Assembly: GCA_964518475.1 (NCBI GenBank)
Contig: CAZFGR010000007.1
Span: 12,350-76,349 of the forward strand
Reading direction: 5' to 3'
DNA from: an uncultured Nitrososphaerota archaeon
GTDB taxonomy: Archaea > Asgardarchaeota > Njordarchaeia > Njordarchaeales > Njordarchaeaceae
DNA: 64,000 bases
This document shows positions 29,436-40,410 of this stretch, in pieces; the first letter of the stretch is position 1, and every line of letters starts with the position of its first letter. The translations under genes and the position numbers were made by a program. Below the pieces are notes generated by a model. It worked only from the letters and a program-made list of their open reading frames with translations, was not told the origin of the DNA and made no database searches.

Positions 29436-30797
29436 CTATGTTAGGAATACTTCTCCATGCCTTATTTCGTAAATTCTGTCACAAACTCTTCTTAGGAAGT
29501 TTTTATTGTGAGAAGCTATCACTATTCCCATATTATTTTTCTCGAGAAATTGGCTAAGAATATCCAATAAATCACTAATTGATCTATAATCTAGTCCATA
29601 TGTTGGCTCATCGAGCAGGAGTATTCCGGGATTCGCTGCTAAAGCGGAAGCTATAGCTAATTTCGTTCTCTCTCCTCTACTCAGTTTCCATGGGGAAATC
29701 ATTCTATATCTGGTAAGTGAAAAAGCCTCTAAGAGCTCTTCTGCTATCTTGGTAGATGTTTCAATATTTCTGGTGATGTTATAGATAGGCCTAAAAACCT
29801 CATCCCAAACTCTAGGATATAAAATATTATTGTCTGGATTCTGGTACACAAGTGTAATAGGCTTCCTTTTGATGAGGTATCCCTTTATAGGCGACAAAAA
29901 ACTGGTGAGTGTAAGAAGTATAGTGGTTTTCCCAGAACCGTTAGGACCTGTGATTCCAGTGATTTCTCTTTCTCGCACAACTAGATCCCTTATATACACC
30001 ACTTGTCGACGATCCCATCCACAAGAGAGATCCTTTACCAGAAGTAGATCTTTCCCAGAATAGCTTAGAATTTTCTTTGATAATGTCGTTGCTTCTAAAC
30101 CATATTCTCTTAGTAATTCTTTACTAGGGTTCTTCCCATCAAACACTACTCGGCCATCATCAAGAATGATGATCCGTGAAACGATATCTAGAAACGGTCC
30201 AGTATCATGTTCAGTTATTACCAACGTTGGCTCATAGCTAATTCCTTTTTTTAGAATATCCAACAATCTTTGCTGGTGGTGATAATCTAGTTGAGAAAAA
30301 GGCTCATCCAGCAAAACTATTTTAGGCCTTGTTGAAAGAACAGACGCTAGAACAACTCTTTGTTTTTCCCCAAAACTTATGTTAAAGACGTATTTTTCTC
30401 TCAGATGTTCTAAGGAATAAGTTTTCAAAGTCTCTTCGAGCTCTCTAATAAAAGAATTATAGGGAAGATTAAGATTATATAAGCCAAGAGCGACCTCTTC
30501 CTCAACAGTTAGTCCTAAGAGCTGGTTTTCAAAGTCTTGTAAAGCAATTCCAACAACATTTTTTAGTTCCTCAAAACCACCAATGCAACTAATACCATCG
30601 ATTTTTGCTGTTCCAGAGTATACGCCATTAAAGAAGCGTGGGAAAAATCCTGCAAGGATGTAGAGGAGGGTAGTTTTTCCACTACCCGTGGGTCCAGCTA
30701 ATAGTACCTTTTCTCCAGGACTTATTGTTAGATGTATATCCTTGAGAAGCCATTTGTTTGGCACGTATCCGAACCAGAAGTTCTTAATCTCTATCAT
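29436..30797 (-). CDS. ECF transporter duplicated ATPase (A-A')
   Basis: Two nucleotide-binding domains: GPTGSGKT/LLDEP and GPNGSGKT/LLDEP. Confidence 0.9.
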   Translation of the reverse strand: MIEIKNFWFGYVPNKWLLKDIHLTISPGEKVLLAGPTGSGKTTLLYILAGFFPRFFNGVYSGTAKIDGISCIGGFEELKNVVGIALQDFENQLLGLTVEEEVALGLYNLNLPYNSFIRELEETLKTYSLEHLREKYVFNISFGEKQRVVLASVLSTRPKIVLLDEPFSQLDYHHQQRLLDILKKGISYEPTLVITEHDTGPFLDIVSRIIILDDGRVVFDGKNPSKELLREYGLEATTLSKKILSYSGKDLLLVKDLSCGWDRRQVVYIRDLVVREREITGITGPNGSGKTTILLTLTSFLSPIKGYLIKRKPITLVYQNPDNNILYPRVWDEVFRPIYNITRNIETSTKIAEELLEAFSLTRYRMISPWKLSRGERTKLAIASALAANPGILLLDEPTYGLDYRSISDLLDILSQFLEKNNMGIVIASHNKNFLRRVCDRIYEIRHGEVFLT

Positions 30798-30813
30798 TTT
30801 CCAGCCCCAAGCT

Positions 30814-31494
30814 TCAATGAATGATGCTTACAAGTTCCTCTCCAAGTTTTGTCCCGAACTTATAACCGATAATCGTCAATATTCCATCCCCAATAATCGC
30901 TGGAATAACAATAAAGAGAGGGCGCCAATATCCCCAAGCGACAAGCATATAATCTATAGCTAGATTAGCTCCCGTGAAGCCAAAGAAGAAGCCATTAATG
31001 TTCCTCTTCTTAGAGTAGAGTCCTGTAATCTCAAGAATGGAGCCCCATGCTAAGAAATAAGGAAACCAGAAGATTGCTGGAGAGAAAAACATTGAGATGA
31101 ATCCATAACCTATTAATAGAAGGAAGGAAGAACCTTTTTTCCTGCAGATTTCTTGAAAAGCTCCGTACAATATTGAAGCTGGCAGATAAAATGCCAAGCC
31201 AGCGGCGAAGGGAATTATGTAAAATGTCAGAGAAGGTAGGAGCATGCTGAAGAAATTGGTCGCGTAAAGCATTGCGGAGAAAGAAGCTATGATTGCAAGA
31301 TCCTCTGTATGGAGGGCTGTTATGTTCTCAATCGCTATTAAGAAACCAATTGAGGATAGAAATAGTGAATAAAGGCTTAGAATAATAGCTAATAGCATTA
31401 TTTGATGAGGCGAATAATTGGAAATAAGAAAAATAGTGAGTAAGATCTGGGAAATAAACATGAAGAGTATGATAATATAGCGCTTAGGAGTCAT
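30814..31494 (-). CDS. ECF transporter S component (putative)
   Basis: Hydrophobic multi-TM protein within the ECF operon. Confidence 0.65.
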   Translation of the reverse strand: MTPKRYIIILFMFISQILLTIFLISNYSPHQIMLLAIILSLYSLFLSSIGFLIAIENITALHTEDLAIIASFSAMLYATNFFSMLLPSLTFYIIPFAAGLAFYLPASILYGAFQEICRKKGSSFLLLIGYGFISMFFSPAIFWFPYFLAWGSILEITGLYSKKRNINGFFFGFTGANLAIDYMLVAWGYWRPLFIVIPAIIGDGILTIIGYKFGTKLGEELVSIIH

Positions 31495-31497
31495 TTA

Positions 31498-31989
31498 TTA
31501 TCCTCTCAGATTCTCTGTGGAGGTCGGAATTGGTAAGTTATTTCCATATAATGCCCAATTTAGAAAAACCCACACCACTACATCATTTTCCTTAAGTATT
31601 AATTGATCAGCAGATATTGATGGATAGATCCACTTACCTACTCTCTGCCATACAGGGACTTCACGGTTGTAAATCGCGTATAGCCAAGCTACACTATCAT
31701 ATTCATTAACACCATTTATTCCACGAACATATACTCCATAAGCACCAATGGTAGCGTTTACACTATCGGCAACGATCAGTAATGCTTCAAAAGCAGAGGT
31801 TCCCCTGAGTACTTTAGTGTTATTACACCAGATAAGAGTACCATTTCCATAGTTAATACCTATGTCAACATAAATTATCTCATGACTATAAGTTCTTTGC
31901 AAGCGAGTTGCCATGTCGTAGAAGTAAAAGGCGAAAAATGTTGCTGATAACGCCCAGAAAAGAAGAAGTATTACAAGGGCTCTTCGCAA
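31498..31989 (-). CDS. Membrane-anchored DUF4430 (transcobalamin C-terminal-like) substrate-binding protein
   Basis: N-terminal TM, then GTSAFEAL, YGVYVRGINGV, WLYAI and ADQLILKENDVVVW. Confidence 0.75.
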   Translation of the reverse strand: MRRALVILLLFWALSATFFAFYFYDMATRLQRTYSHEIIYVDIGINYGNGTLIWCNNTKVLRGTSAFEALLIVADSVNATIGAYGVYVRGINGVNEYDSVAWLYAIYNREVPVWQRVGKWIYPSISADQLILKENDVVVWVFLNWALYGNNLPIPTSTENLRG

Positions 31990-32140
31990 AAAATGCACCC
32001 CCTCTTCTTCGATATAAGAATAATCCTCGACTATAACCCAAAAAACTTTATAACTATGTTCACTATTTCTGTTTCTCAGACTTATTAACGATTTTTTATC
32101 ATTTAAAAGAATACAACTAAAGGGTGACGGTGAAACAAGC

Positions 32141-33628
32141 ATGAGTTCTGATAAAATTCATGTTATGAATATGCTAAAGAAGAGTTTCGAGAATCCAATA
32201 ATTCGCTGGGGAATACGATCAGCACTAAAGAAGGATCCAAGAACAAGAAAGACGTATCTAGAGCTTATCCTAGAGGATCTTTCTGGAGAGAACGTAAGGT
32301 TACCATATAGAGCTAGAATAATGAAGTTCTTTGTCAGGAAAGCTATTGAGAGAGGAGCAAAAGCATTTGATCTCTCTTACCAAGACGCAATAGGGAATTT
32401 TAAAGATGTTTGGACACGTAGAGCATTAGCCGGTGTTTTGAAGGGAATGGTGACGTTTGGAGTTCGTAAACCCTTCGTTCCTGGAGCACCTTTCTTAGTT
32501 GTATGGGATTACACATATAGGTGCAATTTGCGTTGTAAACACTGTTACATTAATGCTGGTCACTCTCTTCCCGAAATGACTGTAGAGGAAAGAAAGAAAG
32601 CTTTAGATATAATGGCGGATGCGGGGGTAGTAGTGATTGCTTTTTCGGGTGGAGAACCTATCCTTGGTCCTGGTATTCTAGAGATGATTAAAAGAGCAGA
32701 CGACTATGGAATGTACACAGCAATGGCTACCAACGGTACCTTATTATCGGAGGAAATGACACAAAAACTGGTTAAAGCGGGGTTAAAATACGTACAAATA
32801 AGTCTAGATGCTCCAGTCCCAGAAGTGCACGACGAGTTTAGAGGAGTCCCTGGAGCTTGGGAGCGGACAGTTGAGGGTATTAAAAATGCTTTGAAAGCAG
32901 GGCTCTATGTTGAGATTTCAATGACTGTGACTAAACTAAATTATCATCTTGTTCCTCAAATGCTAGAGTTTGTTAGGGAAATTGGGGCTAATCTATTCAT
33001 GCATTTTAACTTCGTACCAACGGGACGTGGCAAAGAGATTGTAGAATTAGACCTGTCTCCTGAGGAAAGGGAAGAGTTGTTAAAATTATTGGCAAAGTCA
33101 TCGCTAGAGGGTGAGGTTCAAGCAGCCTCCACCGCACCATCATTCGCACGCGTAGCGCTTGAACTAGGAATGGAGCGCGGAGAAGCATTCCTTGCCGGAC
33201 ACTTCTACAGGGTACGAGCACCATCGAAACTAGCTAGTTTGGCCGAGTTCATTGGTGGATGTGGTGCTGGAAGAGCGTATCTAGCATTAGAACCGAATGG
33301 AGATATTCAACCCTGTGTCTTCCTACCAATAAAGGTAGGAAACATTTTCAAAGATGACTTCGAAGAATTATGGAGGACAAACAAGGTTTTCGAAGATCTG
33401 AGAAACAGGGAGCTCTTGGCTGAGCCCTGTAGATCATGTACATACAGAGACGTCTGCGGAGGTTGCAGAGCTAGAGCGTATGGCTATTTTGGTGATTATC
33501 TGGCAGCAGATCCTGGATGCGTGTACGCTAAGGACTGGTGGGAGAGGATCTTAGAAAGCCTTTCAAAAGGGTTACCCTCAGCTAAAGCAACTAAAGAGGT
33601 AACCGCTGCTTCTTGTGAAAAACAGTAG
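32141..33628 (+). CDS. Radical SAM/SPASM protein with N-terminal extension
   Basis: CNLRCKHC and FSGGEP motifs. SPASM domain CGAG..PC..CxxCxxxxxCGGC..DPGC. Confidence 0.9.
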   Translation: MSSDKIHVMNMLKKSFENPIIRWGIRSALKKDPRTRKTYLELILEDLSGENVRLPYRARIMKFFVRKAIERGAKAFDLSYQDAIGNFKDVWTRRALAGVLKGMVTFGVRKPFVPGAPFLVVWDYTYRCNLRCKHCYINAGHSLPEMTVEERKKALDIMADAGVVVIAFSGGEPILGPGILEMIKRADDYGMYTAMATNGTLLSEEMTQKLVKAGLKYVQISLDAPVPEVHDEFRGVPGAWERTVEGIKNALKAGLYVEISMTVTKLNYHLVPQMLEFVREIGANLFMHFNFVPTGRGKEIVELDLSPEEREELLKLLAKSSLEGEVQAASTAPSFARVALELGMERGEAFLAGHFYRVRAPSKLASLAEFIGGCGAGRAYLALEPNGDIQPCVFLPIKVGNIFKDDFEELWRTNKVFEDLRNRELLAEPCRSCTYRDVCGGCRARAYGYFGDYLAADPGCVYAKDWWERILESLSKGLPSAKATKEVTAASCEKQ

Positions 33629-33779
33629 AATCTTTTTACAATAACCGAAAACTACTATTGAGTGTTAAGATTTCTAGAAGATTACTTTTCTTTTCTTCTC
33701 TTTTCTTCATTATTGCGGGATTAAAAACCTTAAATTCTCGAACAATCAATTTAAGTTTCTAAGTATAGGTTGGAAACGG

Positions 33780-34997
33780 ATGGTACGTATGGAAAATAGA
33801 GATAGATTGGCTTATTTAGCAATTCTCTTGTTCGGTTTAGTTAGCTTATTTGGCGATATAATTTATGAAGGCGCTCGAGGAATAATAAGTCCCTACCTCG
33901 AATTTTTAGGCGCCACCGCGATTATCGTAGGTATAGTAGGCGGAGTCGGTGATTTTATAGGATACGCCTTGAGACTTGTAAGCGGTTACTTAGCAGATGT
34001 GAAAAAAACTTATTGGCTATTCGTTTTCCTCGGATATGGCTTGCTAATAACGGTTCCATTACTAGCGTTCGCTCCTCATCTATCTTTCTTAGCCCCAGCA
34101 TGGGTAATAGCATCCATCCTTGTTATATTGGAAAGATTAGGAAAAGCTCTAAGAAGCCCTGCTAGAGATACTTTATTGTCGGTAACCACTAAAGACATCG
34201 GTGCTGGAAAAGCTTTCGGCCTCCATGAGTTCATGGATCAACTAGGCGCGATCATAGGTCCTTCAATAATGGCTATTATCCTATATCTAACAAACAATGA
34301 ATACTTTTACGCGTTCTCCATAATGTTCATTCCTTATGTAATCTTAGTAGTCATCCTTTTCTTGGCTTATTCTAGATTAAAAGAGGCGACTGAGGAAGTC
34401 ATGAAAGAAACTCGTCAACAGACCCAAGAGAGGAGAGCGAGATTACCAAGACGTTTCTATATGTATGCTTTTGCTGTATTCCTTAATACTTCTGGACTCC
34501 TCTCCGCTCTCTTGATATTATATGTAGCATCCTATCTGGCTCATTTACCAGCTTGGGAAGTATCTGTTCTCTTCATAATAATTCAAGGTGTGGATGCCCT
34601 TGTTGCTCCTCTAGCTGGTTTCATCTATGACAGGGTAGGTATCTCTCTTCTAACAGTACCGTTCGTCCTATCAATTCTTCCTACGTTTTTCGCATTACAG
34701 GGTAGCAGGCAAATGGTTTATCTCGCAGCATTATCATTTGGCATAATCTTAGGAATGCAAGAATCTGTTTATAGAGCTGCTGTTTCAGACATAACAACAG
34801 TCGAGGCTAGAGGAACTGCTTATGGATTCTTTAGCACTCTTTATGGCGCAGGCTTCCTTGTGAGTGGGGCAATATTCGGGCTTTTCATAGAGTATAACCT
34901 CTACATCATGGCGGTAATTTACACCCTTCTCGTGCAATTCCTCGGTATAGCCCTACTTCTCCTATCCGCTAAAACAAAAAACTTCACAACAAAGTAG
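33780..34997 (+). CDS. MFS transporter
   Basis: 12-TM pattern with SGYLAD, ERLGKALRSPARD and GFIYDRVG. Confidence 0.9.
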   Translation: MVRMENRDRLAYLAILLFGLVSLFGDIIYEGARGIISPYLEFLGATAIIVGIVGGVGDFIGYALRLVSGYLADVKKTYWLFVFLGYGLLITVPLLAFAPHLSFLAPAWVIASILVILERLGKALRSPARDTLLSVTTKDIGAGKAFGLHEFMDQLGAIIGPSIMAIILYLTNNEYFYAFSIMFIPYVILVVILFLAYSRLKEATEEVMKETRQQTQERRARLPRRFYMYAFAVFLNTSGLLSALLILYVASYLAHLPAWEVSVLFIIIQGVDALVAPLAGFIYDRVGISLLTVPFVLSILPTFFALQGSRQMVYLAALSFGIILGMQESVYRAAVSDITTVEARGTAYGFFSTLYGAGFLVSGAIFGLFIEYNLYIMAVIYTLLVQFLGIALLLLSAKTKNFTTK

Positions 34998-35036
34998 AAC
35001 ATCTTAAACATTTTTTTTAAAAAATAGGATAGATAG

Positions 35037-36029
35037 GTGGAGGGCTTGTTTGATAAGAACTATGTGCTTGTTATGTTTAGAACTATCGAGAGCGATAGAA
35101 AAATAATTGAGGAGACGATCGGAGATTTGGCTAAAGTTTTTTACTTAAGAGATCTTGATGAGGATGAGAAAGCGAAAATTATTCCTCAAGTAAAGGTTAT
35201 AATTACGGGATCTGGGAGAGATCTTTCAAGAGACTTAATCGAATCAGCAACAAGTTTAGAAATGATACAAACCCTCTCGGCGGGAGTAGATAATGTACCC
35301 TTCCAAATTATTCCCGAGAATATAATTGTATGTTCTAATGCAGGAGGTAATGCGCAAGCCGTAGCGGAACACGCTTTAGCTTTACTTTTTGCTGCCGTAA
35401 AAAGAGTTGTTTACCATACTGAGAAAATGCGGAAAGGGATCTGGGAGCGAAGAAAGTATGGAATTCTCCTAAGAGGAAAGAAATTGGGAATAATAGGTCT
35501 TGGCCATATAGGGGCAGAAATCGCTAAAATGGCAAAGGCGCTCGGTATGAAGGTGTATGGAATTAATAGGAGCGGAAAAACAGATGTGCCAGTAGATTTC
35601 ATAGGTACACCTAAGGATCTACACAAAGTATTGTCTGAAGCTGATATTATCGTTATATCCTTACCTTTGACTAAATACACGAGAGGATTAATAGGGGCTA
35701 AAGAATTGGGTCTGATGAAGAAGAACGCGATTCTCATTAATATTTCGCGGGGGGAAATAATTGATCAGAGAGCTCTATATGAGCATTTAAGAAATAACCC
35801 AGAGTTTATAGCGGCATTGGATGTTTGGTGGAGATACCCAAAAGAGGAGGAGAGAATATATCAAGATTACCCGTTTCATGAATTAGAGAATGTAATAATG
35901 ACGCCTCACATCGCTGGTTTTACCCCAGAAATAAGAGAACAAGTAATAAGAAACGCTATGGAAAACGTTGCAAGATACTTAAGGGGTGAGAAACCAAGAA
36001 ACATTGTTAATCGCGATGATTATGTGTAG
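35037..36029 (+). CDS. D-2-hydroxyacid dehydrogenase
   Basis: SAGVD, VAEHA, GLGHIG, NISRG, LDVW and TPHIAG motifs. Confidence 0.92.
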   Translation: MEGLFDKNYVLVMFRTIESDRKIIEETIGDLAKVFYLRDLDEDEKAKIIPQVKVIITGSGRDLSRDLIESATSLEMIQTLSAGVDNVPFQIIPENIIVCSNAGGNAQAVAEHALALLFAAVKRVVYHTEKMRKGIWERRKYGILLRGKKLGIIGLGHIGAEIAKMAKALGMKVYGINRSGKTDVPVDFIGTPKDLHKVLSEADIIVISLPLTKYTRGLIGAKELGLMKKNAILINISRGEIIDQRALYEHLRNNPEFIAALDVWWRYPKEEERIYQDYPFHELENVIMTPHIAGFTPEIREQVIRNAMENVARYLRGEKPRNIVNRDDYV

Positions 36030-36051
36030 GGTTTAAGAATGGGGAATAGAC

Positions 36052-36777
36052 ATGGCTACACCCTATGTTGATGCGCATGCCCATATATACGGCTTTTCAT
36101 TAGAAGTCATAGCGAATTTTGTAAATAACTACAATCTCGTGATAATCGGTGTAGCGGAAGACTTAGAATCCTCACTGAGGATACTCGAAATAAGCAATAA
36201 GATTCCTAAAGTAATCCCAGCTATTGGTATACATCCATGGAACATACAAAAAGCGGATGAGAAATCTCTCGAGAAAGTACTTGAGCTCGCTCACATTGTA
36301 AAAATATTGGGTGAGATCGGTTTAGATAAAAGGTTTGCTAAGGAAAGCATAGAAAAACAGAGAAAATTTCTAGAAAAATTCTTGGTATTCGCTTCCGAGA
36401 ATAACCTGAGGGTTAATTTGCATACTCTAGATGCATGGAATGAAATATTGGATTTGCTCATAAAATACCAGATAGAGAAAGCTATTTTTCACTGGTACTC
36501 GGGCCCATTACCTCTATTGAAGGAGTTGGAGGCTCAGGGATATTTTATAACGATAAATCCTGCGGTGAAATTTCAAAGAAAGCACAGAATGGTATTAGAA
36601 AAGGCTCCGATAGAAATTATTCTTACGGAATCTGATGGACCTTATAACTATAGGGGTGTTTCTTTAACTCCAGAACTAATTCCGGAAGTAGTTAAAGAAA
36701 TAGCTGATGTCAAGGAAATAAGTGAGCAGGAAGCGAAGGAGATAATATATAAGAATTTTCAGAAATTCCTTAGCTGA
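36052..36777 (+). CDS. tatD: TatD-family hydrolase/DNase
   Basis: DAHAH, GIHP, GEIGLD, FHWYSG and TESDGP motifs. Confidence 0.9.
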   Translation: MATPYVDAHAHIYGFSLEVIANFVNNYNLVIIGVAEDLESSLRILEISNKIPKVIPAIGIHPWNIQKADEKSLEKVLELAHIVKILGEIGLDKRFAKESIEKQRKFLEKFLVFASENNLRVNLHTLDAWNEILDLLIKYQIEKAIFHWYSGPLPLLKELEAQGYFITINPAVKFQRKHRMVLEKAPIEIILTESDGPYNYRGVSLTPELIPEVVKEIADVKEISEQEAKEIIYKNFQKFLS

Positions 36778-36792
36778 GGAGAACAAAATAAA

Positions 36793-37449
36793 CTATTCTG
36801 TGCAGAATGCTCGATCTCCTGCATCTCCTAGGCCTGGAACAATATATCCGTTCCCGTTTAATTTGTTGTCTATGGCCACAACGTATAAGTTTATATCGGG
36901 ATGCTCCTTTAATAGTCTCTCAACACCGTATTTAGCGGCTACGATAGAAACTACAATTATCTTCTTTGGTCTCCATTTTCTCTTTACGCGGGATAAAATT
37001 CGAATCATGGTAGAGGCTGTAGCTAACATCGGATCAACGATAATGACTACTTTATCATTCATATCTGGGGTGCGTTCATAGGGAATAGCTACATCAAAAT
37101 CATTATCATTAACTCTATGATCCTCGATTCTTTTAGCCGCAATAATCCCTAATTGAGCCTTCTTAAATACTCTTAGAACCCCATTAACCAATGGTAGTGC
37201 TGCCCTTAACACTCCTATAACAACAATGGGATCTTTTAGCCTCAAACCCTTTGCTACTCCCAGAGGAGTCTCTACTAATACTTCCTCATATGTTAAGTCA
37301 CGAGCAATTTCGTAGGCTATGAAGATTCCTATCTCTTCTAAATGCTGTCTAAACGCGAAACACTGCGTTGTTTTGGCTCTGAGCTTTGTTAGTATCTCTT
37401 GAATATAAGGATGATCGAGGTGCTTTATAGTAACTTTCTTTGCTTGCAT
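36793..37449 (-). CDS. upp: Uracil phosphoribosyltransferase
   Basis: VLRAA, VDPMLATAST and YIVPGLGDAGDR motifs. Confidence 0.95.
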   Translation of the reverse strand: MQAKKVTIKHLDHPYIQEILTKLRAKTTQCFAFRQHLEEIGIFIAYEIARDLTYEEVLVETPLGVAKGLRLKDPIVVIGVLRAALPLVNGVLRVFKKAQLGIIAAKRIEDHRVNDNDFDVAIPYERTPDMNDKVVIIVDPMLATASTMIRILSRVKRKWRPKKIIVVSIVAAKYGVERLLKEHPDINLYVVAIDNKLNGNGYIVPGLGDAGDRAFCTE

Positions 37450-37680
37450 TCTCATCACTATAATTTTTTTATACACGCGAAAGAGAATAGGTGAAGGAAA
37501 AATTCTCTTAGCGAATAATACTTTTTAAACTTTACAATTTCCTTTTCAACAGAGACTCTTATAGAATCCTAATTTTGGCTCTTCGTGAAGTAAGTAGCTG
37601 GGAACAGCTAATATTTTTTAATAACTCATATGCATTTGCCATCTGTATGTTCAAACAACTAAGACTTAGGGGGTTCGTAG

Positions 37681-38865
37681 GTGTACGAGATACGCATTAT
37701 TGGGGCTTTTGTATTGTCCTTATTAGTAATTCTACTGTTATCGAAGAAGGAAATAGGCGTAGCAATATTTACTGGTGCGGTTTTACTAGGCTTAATAACG
37801 ATACCTATTAAACAATTGCTGAGTCTCACGTTGAATACTTTTTTAAACCTCAATAACTTGATCCTGGCTTTCGCGATAGGTTTAATCCCCATAATTGGTG
37901 GCTTGTTAAGTGAAACGGGGTTGCTCGATAAAATGGTTAGAAATTTTCCGCTTGGAAAAAGAGCATTCTTGATGTTCTCGCCAGCTTTTCTAGGTCTTCT
38001 AACAATACCAGGAGGAGCACTTTTTTCTGCCCCACTAGTTAACAATGGTGGACAGGGGCTTAGTAATACTAGGAAGGCTAGCATTAATGTTTGGTTCAGA
38101 CATGTGCTTCATATCGTTTATCCATTAGCCCCTACTCTCATAATAGCATGTGAATTAGCTGGTTACAGCGTCTACTACTTGATACCCTATTTGGTTCCCT
38201 ACTTCGTATTGTCCATGGCTATTGGTTTTCTATATCTACTCAGAAAGGCAAGTAATGAGGATATTATGCGTTACGAGCATAATTTAAGGGACTTTCTGAT
38301 ACCTGTCTTTATCATTCTTCTTGCTCCAATAATCGATTTTCTGCTAAGAGCAGTTGCTGGTCTAAAATCCCTAGCAACTCTCATAGGAGTTACAGTAGCA
38401 CTTCTAGTCATGGTAATATATGCTAGAATAGATCTCAAAACATTATCGAAAGTATCTAAGAAAATGAAGCCTTGGAGTTTCGCTTTTCTAATTCTAGCGG
38501 TGTTGGAGTATCAAGCAGTATTCATGAATTCTGGAGTATCTCCATTGATTAGTAAAGCTAATCTGGATCCCATAGTCATAATATTCATTGGTTTTATTCT
38601 AGGCTTTCTTACTGGGAGAACATCGACTCCTATAGTAATACTTATTCCGATTTTTAAAGGTGCTTATGGAATTATATCTCCTCTTTACCTATCTCTAATG
38701 TACTACTTTATACTCTTAGGGTATATTATTTCTCCAGTACATCCCTGCTTAATTGTAACTGCACAGTATTTTAGAATTAGTGTTGGTGAAGTAATTAAAG
38801 ATCTTTACAAGGCCTCTCTTATGGCCCTTATTGGTGGTTTTTTGATATCTCTTCCTCTTCTATAA
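37681..38865 (+). CDS. DUF401/TIGR00529-like integral membrane transporter
   Basis: GLLTIPGGALFSAPLV, NVWFRH and SPVHPCL motifs. Confidence 0.8.
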   Translation: MYEIRIIGAFVLSLLVILLLSKKEIGVAIFTGAVLLGLITIPIKQLLSLTLNTFLNLNNLILAFAIGLIPIIGGLLSETGLLDKMVRNFPLGKRAFLMFSPAFLGLLTIPGGALFSAPLVNNGGQGLSNTRKASINVWFRHVLHIVYPLAPTLIIACELAGYSVYYLIPYLVPYFVLSMAIGFLYLLRKASNEDIMRYEHNLRDFLIPVFIILLAPIIDFLLRAVAGLKSLATLIGVTVALLVMVIYARIDLKTLSKVSKKMKPWSFAFLILAVLEYQAVFMNSGVSPLISKANLDPIVIIFIGFILGFLTGRTSTPIVILIPIFKGAYGIISPLYLSLMYYFILLGYIISPVHPCLIVTAQYFRISVGEVIKDLYKASLMALIGGFLISLPLL

Positions 38866-39274
38866 GTTCAGCAGCAACGAACCTTACTAATTCTACACCA
38901 ATAATATTCTCAATTCTTTCTATTAGGTTTAGAATACTCGATGTTCTGCCCTCAACAAGAATTACTTCTAAACACTTTTCATGACTCAAGTGTACATGCA
39001 TTGTGGCCCTTATTTCGCCTAGGAAATGGTGTTGCGCGTCTATCAGTCTCCTAACAGTATCTCCTCTCTTCTCGTTATAAGTGACTATTAAAGCACCAAT
39101 TACCCGTCTATCTGGTTGCAATAAGATACGTCTCTCACTAATATATTGTTTCAAAGCTTCCGAAATCACTTTAGAACGGCTTCTTATTCCAGTTAATCGG
39201 ATAAACTCATCAACGTCTCGCAATAAATTTTCAGGGATGGTTACTCCTGTTCTCTTGCGTTTCAAGAGGAGCAC
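38828..39274 (-). CDS. nikR: Nickel-responsive regulator NikR
   Basis: RHH N-terminus (GVTIP..SRSKVI), plus QHHF and HVHLSHEKCLE. Confidence 0.88.
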   Translation of the reverse strand: MLLLKRKRTGVTIPENLLRDVDEFIRLTGIRSRSKVISEALKQYISERRILLQPDRRVIGALIVTYNEKRGDTVRRLIDAQHHFLGEIRATMHVHLSHEKCLEVILVEGRTSSILNLIERIENIIGVELVRFVAAELIEEEEISKNHQ

Positions 39275-39474
39275 CTCATCACCATAACGAAGAGTGACTC
39301 TGTTAAAGAGGCTCTGTAGGTTAGTGGAAAGTATTTACGTAAAAGAGTTTTAAAAGGCAAGGTATTGTCGGAATTGTTTGAATGAAGCTTAATTTTTATT
39401 CGATAGTCGGTTGGAGGAATAATGATTATAATTTAAGAGAGACGAAAACTAATCTATAAAGACCTAGGTGTTTT

Positions 39475-40410
39475 ATGATGTCATTTTATATGCGAGATGT
39501 AGTCTCGATTATTGATTTTTCTCGTGATGATTTAGAGAAATTGTTTAGAATGACCGATAAAATGATGCCATATAAGAGGGGGGGTATTGAGGTTCTTAAA
39601 GGAAAAATCATGGCTTCGCTTTTTCTGGAGCCTAGTACTAGAACAAGACTAAGTTTTGAGAGTGCTATGAAACGATTGGGAGGCGATGTAATCACCGTAT
39701 CAGGGGCCGAAGGTACTTCTCTTATGAAGGGAGAAAGTTTTATTGATACGATTAGAATGCTGGACAATTATGCCGATATCATAGTTGTGAGGCATAAATA
39801 CGAGGGTGCCGCGAGACTAGCTGCAGATATCGCAGAGGTTCCTATAATTAATGCTGGTGATGGAAGAAGGCAACACCCAACACAAACAATGATCGATCTA
39901 TATACAGTCTATAAACTAAAGGGAAGAATCGATGACCTGACCTATGGCCTAGTGGGAGATCTCAAGTATGCTCGGACAGCGGCCTCCTTTATTATGGGTC
40001 TCTCTATTTTCCGACCCAAAAAGGTTTACTTAATTTCGCACGAACTTTTACGGGCGAGAGAAGAAATCCTAGATTTCCTGAAAAGAAGCGGCATAAAGTA
40101 TGAGGAGGTTACGAATCTCCGTGAAGTAATTAGTGAACTGGATATATTATATGTCACACGCATTCAGAAGGAGCGGTTCCCAGATCCTCTAGAGTATGAA
40201 AAAGTTAAAGGGAGTTATAAAATAACACTAGATATCCTAAAAGATGCTAAGGATGATCTCAAGATTCTTCATCCTCTTCCTAAGGTTGACGAGATCGATC
40301 CAAAAGTTGATGAAACAAAATATGCTGCTTATTTTATACAAGCATCGTATGGAGTACCCCTCAGAATGGCCCTACTAGCCCTTATTTTTGGTGCGGAGGT
40401 AGAGAAGTGA
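39475..40410 (+). CDS. pyrB: Aspartate carbamoyltransferase catalytic subunit
   Basis: [28 protein letters not shown] and HPLP motifs. Confidence 0.96.
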   Translation: MMSFYMRDVVSIIDFSRDDLEKLFRMTDKMMPYKRGGIEVLKGKIMASLFLEPSTRTRLSFESAMKRLGGDVITVSGAEGTSLMKGESFIDTIRMLDNYADIIVVRHKYEGAARLAADIAEVPIINAGDGRRQHPTQTMIDLYTVYKLKGRIDDLTYGLVGDLKYARTAASFIMGLSIFRPKKVYLISHELLRAREEILDFLKRSGIKYEEVTNLREVISELDILYVTRIQKERFPDPLEYEKVKGSYKITLDILKDAKDDLKILHPLPKVDEIDPKVDETKYAAYFIQASYGVPLRMALLALIFGAEVEK

